Source of the DNA: Candidatus Odinarchaeia archaeon | GTDB taxonomy: Archaea > Asgardarchaeota > Odinarchaeia > Odinarchaeales > Odinarchaeaceae | Length of the DNA stretch: 6,439 bases | Assembly: GCA_029856525.1 (NCBI GenBank) | Contig: JAHQXC010000071.1 | Span: 1 to 6,439, forward strand | Direction: 5' to 3' | Part shown: positions 1-5,478 of the stretch, piece after piece | How positions within the stretch are numbered: position 1 is the stretch's first letter | Layout of the letters: each line of letters begins with the position of its first letter | Translations under genes and position numbers: made by a program | The notes under the pieces: generated by a model | The model's input: the letters and a program-made list of their open reading frames with translations, nothing else | What the model was told of the DNA's origin: nothing | Databases searched by the model: none

Positions 1-211
1 TGAGGAGTCTGTTAGAGAAGAGGTTGAAAGCGTGGAGTCATCTGAATCTGAGATGAAGTATTATGCAGATGAGCTGCGTAAACTGGAAGGTTTAACAGAG
101 AGAGATATTAAACAGATATTAAATGAGATGAAAGATCTTTCTGAAGATGAAAGGAAAACAATGCTGGAAGCTTTAAAAGAATCCTATTTATCGAAGAATG
201 ATGAGATTTAA
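1..211 (+). CDS. 3' end of a hypothetical protein (5'-partial; acidic linker plus C-terminal helical domain)
   Basis: Frame 2 is open from nt 2 to TAA at 209-211: EESVREEVESVESSESEMKYYADELRKLEGLTERDIKQILNEMKDLSEDERKTMLEALKESYLSKNDEI*. Purine-rich coding-like composition; ends 16 bp before the next co-oriented gene. Not in the ORF track because the start lies outside the window. Confidence 0.85.
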   Translation, partial: EESVREEVESVESSESEMKYYADELRKLEGLTERDIKQILNEMKDLSEDERKTMLEALKESYLSKNDEI

Positions 212-227
212 TTAAAGATAAAAGCTG

Positions 228-1328
228 GTGGAGACGGTGCCTGAGGGAATAATAGTCGGGAAATGGGATGATGTGCAGGGTGTAGTGTTATACGCTAAAT
301 ACCCTGAAACAGTTGAGATAGCGGACTATAATCTTATGAGAATATTCACAAGCCACGCGGTAGGTGAAGCTCAAGCAGGGTTTCTAGCACTAACACTTGA
401 AGAGGAGAATATGAATGTTGCAAGCTATTTTACAGGAATACACCAGAAACCGCAGTATTTTATATCACTGCTTCTCTCAAAAGACGAGGATGCGAAAACA
501 TATGAGGAGAGCCTCCTAGATATCGCCACAGAGCTGCTTGAAAAAATAGATGCACCTAATTTTAACGAGATTCTAGCCGAAGCTTTTCAAAGACTTTCTA
601 AAGCAATTGTGTTAACCGATGAGCAGAGGCTTGCACTTATATTCAAAGATGATATTCATAAACTAGCCTATGAGAGATTAATTAAAGGTCCAGCTACAAT
701 TAGTATGATAGCTAATTATATTCAAGAAAACAGCGGTGTAACAAGAGTTAACCCTGATATATTGATTTCACCGCTCATAAGACTAGGCTATGCTCTTCAG
801 GGATGGGTCCCCGGATATGCTGAACAGTTTGTGTTTCTAGTTAGAGATTTTACTATAACAAGAGCGCCGGCTGAGAAGATTATTAAACAAGCGGTTAAAG
901 GGGAGCCGACTCAAAGGATTGCTAGAAGATATTTAAGAAACGTTAAAGAATTTTTCACAAATTATAATGTTAACGTTGATGAAAGCGGGGATTTAGCTGA
1001 AATTCTTATAAACCCTGAATACTATGAGATAATAAAAATGCTTAGAGAGAAGCCTCTTCTTTTAACAGAGATTAAGTCCTGTTTAGGGCAGCAGAAACTA
1101 GGCTGTGAAGCGGCTTTAAAAAACCTAAGTGAAAAGAATATTATTGAAGTATACCCGGCAGAGAATCAGGGGGATAACTGGATTTTATTAAAATCCGATA
1201 TTATCATTCATACATTCTTCCCTGAGTATCTTCTAGAAGCTTTAAGGGGTAAGCTAGCCTCAGGGGAGTTATCATCTGAAACAGTTATAAAACACCTAGA
1301 GCTTTTACAGCAAAATTATTCCCCGTAG
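228..1328 (+). CDS. Longin/uDENN-like domain protein with two tandem winged-helix-like modules (Asgard-type, NPRL2/folliculin/DENN-like N-terminus)
   Basis: 366 aa. The N-terminus GIIVGKWDDVQGVVLYAKYP fits the beta1-[FW]D-x3-G-x5-YP pattern of uDENN/NPRL2/folliculin-type longin domains, followed by a longin-like helix/strand pattern to about aa 125. Residues 130-246 and 251-364 align with each other as helix-turn-helix plus beta-wing modules. The CDS is secure; the family call is by eye. Confidence 0.7.
   Translation: METVPEGIIVGKWDDVQGVVLYAKYPETVEIADYNLMRIFTSHAVGEAQAGFLALTLEEENMNVASYFTGIHQKPQYFISLLLSKDEDAKTYEESLLDIATELLEKIDAPNFNEILAEAFQRLSKAIVLTDEQRLALIFKDDIHKLAYERLIKGPATISMIANYIQENSGVTRVNPDILISPLIRLGYALQGWVPGYAEQFVFLVRDFTITRAPAEKIIKQAVKGEPTQRIARRYLRNVKEFFTNYNVNVDESGDLAEILINPEYYEIIKMLREKPLLLTEIKSCLGQQKLGCEAALKNLSEKNIIEVYPAENQGDNWILLKSDIIIHTFFPEYLLEALRGKLASGELSSETVIKHLELLQQNYSP
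615..1319 (+). repeat. Protein-level internal duplication (aa 130-246 vs aa 251-364) in the 228-1328 gene
   Basis: LALIFKDDIHKLAYERLIKGPATISMI vs LAEILINPEYYEIIKMLREKPLLLTEI; LIRLGY...FVFLVRDFTITRAP vs LSEKNI...WILLKSDIIIHTFFP; GEPTQRIARRYLRNVKEFFTNY vs GELSSETVIKHLELLQQNY. No obvious DNA-level identity, so an old duplication. Confidence 0.7.
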
Positions 1329-1337
1329 ACTAATCGC

Positions 1338-2480
1338 TTAATCGAACACATGGTTTTTATTACTGAATAATTCTTCGGGTATAAGATATACGATTACCGC
1401 TCCCGAGATTATTATAATACTTAGAATAGTGAATATCAGTGTAATGCTTCCTATAACGAAAAGCGGTTCAAGTAAAGCTATTGAGATCATTCTAACACCG
1501 CCTAATGCTATACTTGTGAAAAGTATTAGCGCGTTATATTTTTCTCTACTTATTGAGCGGGAGAGTAAACCCCAGAAAGGAGCGGCGATGAGAGCTATAC
1601 TGAGAGAGGATATCCACGATCCCACTGTGAACACCTCTACCGACTTCGAGAACCCGATGATAATCATTGATAGCCCCTCCATAATTAAAGCTGAGATTAA
1701 TAATATTCTAGCCTTGTTACGATCGAAGAAACGGCCTGCAATAATATAGCTTAGAGATACGAGGATGTTAACAATCGTCTGAATGATACCCATGTTAAAC
1801 TCTGTGCCTGCTAATTGATTTAATAGAACTGGTTGATAGATCCATCCTGGAACACTGATAACCCCGTACACTAAGGTGAATAAGAGTATAATTAATCCTG
1901 TTTTATTATTCAAATAGTTTTTTAGAGCACTGAAATCTATTTTTTTAAAATTCCAGTTGAATCTTCTTATTAGAAGCGCTGATAAAACAGCCGGGATTAG
2001 TAGGAGAAGAGAAATCACGAAGAGTTCACCGTAGCCTATATAAGTTATGATAAATCCGCCGATTATAGGACCTATCATTGAAGCTGTGTTCATTAAACTA
2101 TATAATAATCCGATTTTAAAACCTCTATTCGATTTAGGCAGGTAGATTGCAGCTAAATCCATAACAGACCAGTATAATCCGATAGCTAACCCGAAGGTTA
2201 ACGCCATAATATGCCAGTTTAAATACGAGTACAGCGAGTAATAGAAGAATCCTCTTATTAAAAGAGATAAAGCCATTAGAATATGCCCTTTATTCATAAA
2301 GAATAGCAGGGATAGCGTTGAACTTAATATGTTGAATGCGAACATTATAATGAAGAATAAGGATAACTCGGATAAGTTTAAGCCTGCTTTTAACAGGAAA
2401 ATAGGTAGAAAAATCCCTATAGAACTGTGAGAGATACTTCTAAAGATTTCTGTTATATATAATCGGTTCAAAGTATCCAT
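1338..2480 (-). CDS. Major facilitator superfamily (MFS) transporter, substrate unknown
   Basis: 380 aa, about 12 hydrophobic segments in two halves. MFS motif-A-like loop GRFFDRNKAR in the C-half, GPIIGGFII in TM5, and a basic central loop (IRRFNWNFKKIDF). Confidence 0.92.
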   Translation of the reverse strand: MDTLNRLYITEIFRSISHSSIGIFLPIFLLKAGLNLSELSLFFIIMFAFNILSSTLSLLFFMNKGHILMALSLLIRGFFYYSLYSYLNWHIMALTFGLAIGLYWSVMDLAAIYLPKSNRGFKIGLLYSLMNTASMIGPIIGGFIITYIGYGELFVISLLLLIPAVLSALLIRRFNWNFKKIDFSALKNYLNNKTGLIILLFTLVYGVISVPGWIYQPVLLNQLAGTEFNMGIIQTIVNILVSLSYIIAGRFFDRNKARILLISALIMEGLSMIIIGFSKSVEVFTVGSWISSLSIALIAAPFWGLLSRSISREKYNALILFTSIALGGVRMISIALLEPLFVIGSITLIFTILSIIIISGAVIVYLIPEELFSNKNHVFD

Positions 2481-2529
2481 AGTATATCATTTCTTTAACT
2501 TGTGGCGATTGAAGAAATATTAAGATTAA

Positions 2530-2545
2530 TATTAAAGCTTTTCTT
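2530..2545 (-). promoter_or_regulatory. BRE-TATA promoter candidate for the MFS gene
   Basis: Minus strand reads AAGAAAAG-CTTTAATA (purine-rich BRE 2545-2538, TATA 2537-2530), about 50 bp upstream of the MFS ATG. Confidence 0.6.
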
Positions 2546-2547
2546 AG

Positions 2548-2558
2548 GTAACTGTTAC
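2548..2558. promoter_or_regulatory. Perfect palindrome GTAAC-T-GTTAC just upstream of the MFS BRE; possible operator
   Basis: Dyad seen directly; its position next to the BRE is where archaeal TFB-recruiting regulators bind. Function is inferred. Confidence 0.35.
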
Positions 2559-2565
2559 TGTAATG

Positions 2566-2586
2566 AAAAAACTTAGATTTCTAAAA
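2566..2586 (-). terminator. U-tract terminator candidate for rfcL
   Basis: Minus strand just after the rfcL stop reads TTTTAGAAATCTAAGTTTTTT: a T4 run, a small TTAGA/TCTAA dyad and a T6 run, typical of archaeal oligo(dT) termination. Confidence 0.5.
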
Positions 2587-2591
2587 CTATT

Positions 2592-3839
2592 TTACCGTGA
2601 TTTTCTAACCACGCCGGTAAGCCAGTTAACCTCCTCGTCTGCGAAGTCGAAGTATTCTGCTAGTTTAGCGGCTTTACTAGGATTATTTTGAAAAATTATT
2701 TTAAGAAATGGGAGGAAAACAGAGTGTGCTTTTTTAGCGCTAACATGACATTTCAACTTTATTTTTAAACAAATATTTTCAACTAATTCCCTCTCCTTTT
2801 TCGAAGCGCTTAGAAGATTTATCCAAGAGGGAAACTGGTATTGTTTATACCCGTATTTATCGGTGACAGCTGATGAAACACCGGCTGTCATAAGAAGGAT
2901 GAAATATTTTAGGATACTCCAATTATTTGTTCGAATTATTTTAGATAGGAGTATATCCGCTTTTGAAAGGTAATCGTAGATGTTTTTAAGTTCCACCGGT
3001 GTTTTAGCGTGGAGATAAGCGTTTTCGGAAACCCATTTAAAGAACATATCATAGTCCATATCTACTGTGTTGAATGCTGCTCTAGCAGCCTCTAAGGTTT
3101 TAGCTCCGAAAAGCTGTTTTAACGCTTCGAAAACCTGCACGGTTCTATCACGGCTACCGGTGAAAACAATCTCGCTTTCACGTAAAACTTTCACACCTTC
3201 AGCGAAAAACTGTAGGTCGTTGATTGCGGAACGTATATCTCCGCCACTAGCTTCAGCTATCTTCTTCAAAGCAGCCTCCTCATATTCAACGCCTTCAAGT
3301 TCACAGATCTTTTTAAGAATATTTAATATACTGGCTGCGGTGACCCTCCTATACTGCACTGTTAGACATAAATCTCTTATAGGCTTCAAGTTTGGAGACC
3401 AAGGGTCGTTTGCCGTCATTATTATCGGGTTGACGGTGGATTTTAATATTTTAATAAGCTCGTTGATACCTCCTTTATCCTCGCTGCCTGAGATACCGTC
3501 AACTTCATCTATTAGTATTATTCTAATTTTCGAGGGGAGTAAGCTTGCCTGAATTGAAGCAGCTCCGACGATTTTTTTCATGCTTTCAGCGTTACGTTTA
3601 TCTGACGCATTTACTTCGAGAATGTCAAGGTTTAGCTGTTGAGCTATAGCGTGAACTGTTGCAGTTTTACCTGTCCCAGGAGGTCCGTATAATAAAAGTG
3701 CTTTTTTATCACGTTTACCGTTAATCCAGTCTTCAACCCATTTTAAGACTTCTTTAGCTTTAGCGTTATTACCTGTTATCTCATCAACTGTTTTAGGCCT
3801 GTATTTTTCCGCCCATAGTTGTTCGGCTCTAGCTATCAT
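2592..3839 (-). CDS. rfcL: Replication factor C large subunit (clamp loader)
   Basis: 415 aa. RFC box LWAEKYRPK, Walker A GPPGTGKT, NASD motif, Walker B ILIDEVDG, IIMTANDPW and GDIRSAINDLQ. The SRC motif of small subunits is absent, and the long C-terminal collar domain is that of large subunits. Weak SD-like AGGCGA upstream (3849-3844). Confidence 0.96.
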   Translation of the reverse strand: MIARAEQLWAEKYRPKTVDEITGNNAKAKEVLKWVEDWINGKRDKKALLLYGPPGTGKTATVHAIAQQLNLDILEVNASDKRNAESMKKIVGAASIQASLLPSKIRIILIDEVDGISGSEDKGGINELIKILKSTVNPIIMTANDPWSPNLKPIRDLCLTVQYRRVTAASILNILKKICELEGVEYEEAALKKIAEASGGDIRSAINDLQFFAEGVKVLRESEIVFTGSRDRTVQVFEALKQLFGAKTLEAARAAFNTVDMDYDMFFKWVSENAYLHAKTPVELKNIYDYLSKADILLSKIIRTNNWSILKYFILLMTAGVSSAVTDKYGYKQYQFPSWINLLSASKKERELVENICLKIKLKCHVSAKKAHSVFLPFLKIIFQNNPSKAAKLAEYFDFADEEVNWLTGVVRKSR

Positions 3840-3908
3840 AGAATCGCCTAGTTTAAATAATGTTTAATTTTCTTATTTACGTTATTATATTGTTTTTTAT
3901 TTAAGAAG

Positions 3909-3925
3909 ACCGATAAATTTAAAAG
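3909..3925 (+). promoter_or_regulatory. BRE-TATA promoter candidate P1 upstream of tfb
   Basis: ACCGATAAA-TTTAAAAG matches the canonical archaeal ACCG-N5-TTTA arrangement. Predicted start site about 3948-3952. Confidence 0.6.
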
Positions 3926-3930
3926 GCATA

Positions 3931-3947
3931 ACCGTAATATTTATATA
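3931..3947 (+). promoter_or_regulatory. BRE-TATA promoter candidate P2 upstream of tfb
   Basis: ACCGTAATA-TTTATATA with a perfect TTTATATA box at 3940-3947, 22 bp downstream of P1. Predicted start site about 3970-3973. Confidence 0.65.
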
Positions 3948-3958
3948 TGAGAATGTGA

Positions 3959-4054
3959 GCTGGCGCTTAGTATATATTTTAGTTAGAGTTCTTTATCAAC
4001 TTTTCTCTGCCGAGTTGATATTAGCTCTATCTAAAGTATATACTAAACACCAGC
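3959..4054 (+). other. 96-nt long imperfect hairpin / inverted repeat in the rfcL-tfb intergenic region (putative tfb 5' leader structure)
   Basis: Pairings: GCTGG 3959-3963 / CCAGC 4050-4054; 16 bp 3967-3982 / 4031-4046; 7 bp 3984-3990 / 4023-4029; 9 bp 3994-4002 / 4012-4020; 9-nt loop 4003-4011. 38 pairs in total, three of them G.U on the + strand. The structure is directly visible; its function is unknown. Confidence 0.85.
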
Positions 4055-4056
4055 AG

Positions 4057-4072
4057 TATTAATATTTACGGT
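4057..4072 (-). promoter_or_regulatory. Minus-strand BRE-TATA-like element facing P1/P2 (possible rfcL or antisense promoter)
   Basis: Minus strand reads ACCGTAAA-TATTAATA, a near mirror of P2 (ACCGTAATATT at 3931-3941). It overlaps the tfb SD. Confidence 0.4.
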
Positions 4073-4074
4073 GA
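4070..4074 (+). promoter_or_regulatory. Shine-Dalgarno site of tfb
   Basis: GGTGA 6 nt upstream of the ATG at 4081, indicating a leadered mRNA. Confidence 0.7.
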
Positions 4075-4080
4075 ATTTAT

Positions 4081-5022
4081 ATGTCTAAAGTTTTAGAGAA
4101 AAAAGATAAAAATCAACTGGGCTTAGCTTGCCCAGAGTGCGGTAGCACTGAGCTTATTCGCGATTATACTAGAGGGGAGAGTATTTGCAGTAACTGCGGT
4201 TTAGTTATCCATGAACATATGGTTGACTCAGGCCCGGAGTGGAGGGCTTTCACAGCTGAAGAGAAAAATCAGAGAAGCAGAGTCGGCGCGCCGACCACTT
4301 TTAGAATGCCGGATAAAGGTTTAAGCACAATGATAGGTAAACAGAACACAGACAGCTTCGGTAAAAAACTATCAGCTAAGAAGAGAAGATTAATGTATCG
4401 TTTAAGAAAATGGAATTTTAGAAGCATAATACACTCGTCTAAGAGAAGAAACCTAGCTCACGCCATGTCGGAGATGCAGCGGCTGGCCAGTCAAATGGGT
4501 ATCTCACGTGATATAATGGAGACCGCGGCAGTCCTATATAGGAAAGTTATTGAAAACGGTTTAACCAGAGGCAGATCAATAGATGCTATGATAGCCGCCT
4601 CCCTGTACCTTGCATGCCGGCTTCACAATTTACCAAGACCGTTAGATGAAATAGAACAGTACTCACGGTTCGATCGAAAAGAATTAGGGTACTGTGTTAG
4701 AACAATTCTATCTAAGCTTAAAATAAAAGTCCCCAGAGCTAAGGCGACCGACTTCATACCAAGATTCGGTAACGAGCTCGGACTCTCAGCTAAAACACAG
4801 AGAACAGCTATTAAAATACTAGAGCAGGCTAGAGAGAAGGGGTTAACCAGCGGTAAAGATCCTACAGGATTAGCTGCAGCAGCCCTCTACATAGCTTCGA
4901 TGCTTGAAGGGGAGAGGAGAACTCAATCAGAGGTCTCCAGGGTCGTCGCTGTAACAGAGGTGACGGTTAGAAACAGATACAGGGAGCTTATAAGAGATCT
5001 TAACATTCAAATAGGACGTTAA
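4081..5022 (+). CDS. tfb: Transcription initiation factor IIB (TFB), possibly an alternative paralog
   Basis: 313 aa. Zn ribbon CPEC...CSNC, B-reader GPEWRAF, DKGLST, two cyclin repeats with RGRS and GKDPTGLAAAALYIAS, and the BRE-binding helix-turn-helix TQSEVSRVVAVTEVTVRNRY. Confidence 0.98.
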   Translation: MSKVLEKKDKNQLGLACPECGSTELIRDYTRGESICSNCGLVIHEHMVDSGPEWRAFTAEEKNQRSRVGAPTTFRMPDKGLSTMIGKQNTDSFGKKLSAKKRRLMYRLRKWNFRSIIHSSKRRNLAHAMSEMQRLASQMGISRDIMETAAVLYRKVIENGLTRGRSIDAMIAASLYLACRLHNLPRPLDEIEQYSRFDRKELGYCVRTILSKLKIKVPRAKATDFIPRFGNELGLSAKTQRTAIKILEQAREKGLTSGKDPTGLAAAALYIASMLEGERRTQSEVSRVVAVTEVTVRNRYRELIRDLNIQIGR

Positions 5023-5062
5023 AGATAAAATAAGGTTAGTTCAAAAAGAAACGGCGGTGTAA

Positions 5063-5245
5063 ATGATATACCTTGTCGCAGCGGTAATCTTATTAATCAT
5101 AGCTGTGATCTTCACTCTATCACTATTAAGTGATCTACCTGAGAAAGATAACCTTAAACTGGGTAAAACCATTCCATTAACGATAATAGTGAGCCTAACA
5201 TTAGGCTTCGGATTGCATTTCCTTCTCCTAGCATTAGGAGTATAA
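5063..5245 (+). CDS. ost5: OST5/TMEM258-like two-transmembrane microprotein (oligosaccharyltransferase accessory subunit-like)
   Basis: 60 aa with two hydrophobic helices separated by a short charged loop (SDLPEKDNLKLGK). The C-terminal SLTLGFGLHFLLLALGV closely resembles the conserved second helix of human TMEM258 as recalled (SLFMGFGVLFLLLWVGI). GGTG SD-like at 5056-5059. An in-frame TAA directly upstream fixes the start. Confidence 0.7.
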   Translation: MIYLVAAVILLIIAVIFTLSLLSDLPEKDNLKLGKTIPLTIIVSLTLGFGLHFLLLALGV

Positions 5246-5286
5246 TAATTCCACGCGATCTTTGTTAAACTCTTAAAGGTGGTTTA

Positions 5287-5478
5287 TTGACTTTTAAATT
5301 TTCAATTAAAAAAGAGAGTATTCGAGAAGAGGAAATGATACTTATAAAAAGCGAGCCTTTAACCGATACTAAATGCGGTGTATGCGGTGAGAGATTAACA
5401 GTTAAAGTATACTGGTTTAACGGAAAATTGAAGAGAAAAATATGCTGTGATAAATGCAAGGCAGAAGTATGGAAGTAA
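5287..5478 (+). CDS. Small Zn-ribbon protein (CxxC-x20-CxxC)
   Basis: CGVC and CDKC knuckles flank a beta-hairpin-like LTVKVYWFNGKLKRKI. TTG start preceded by AGGTGG (5277-5282); alternative ATG start at 5335 (47 aa) preceded by GAGG. Co-oriented with tfb and the OST5-like gene. Confidence 0.75.
   Translation: MTFKFSIKKESIREEEMILIKSEPLTDTKCGVCGERLTVKVYWFNGKLKRKICCDKCKAEVWK

Noticed and set aside
1429-1749. 106-aa + strand ORF
   Set aside because: Entirely antisense to the MFS gene, with no motif; a typical shadow ORF of a hydrophobic gene.
2481-2600. Frameshifted or read-through PIP-box extension of rfcL
   Set aside because: Both shifted frames stop within 11 codons and encode no PIP-like motif, and the downstream DNA has terminator and promoter features.
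3067-3552. 161-aa + strand ORF
   Set aside because: Antisense shadow within rfcL; Ser-rich with no recognisable domain.
2592-3839. Intein in RFC
   Set aside because: The AAA+ motifs are contiguous at normal spacing and the length leaves no room for an insertion.
3959-4054. Hairpin interpreted as a MITE
   Set aside because: No target-site duplication (flanks ATGTGA and AGTATT), no second copy and no transposase in the window. Not fully excluded without a genome-wide search.
3840-4080. Replication origin next to rfcL
   Set aside because: AT-rich, but no ORB-like GTTCCAGTGGAAAC/G-string repeats and no cdc6/orc1 gene in the window.
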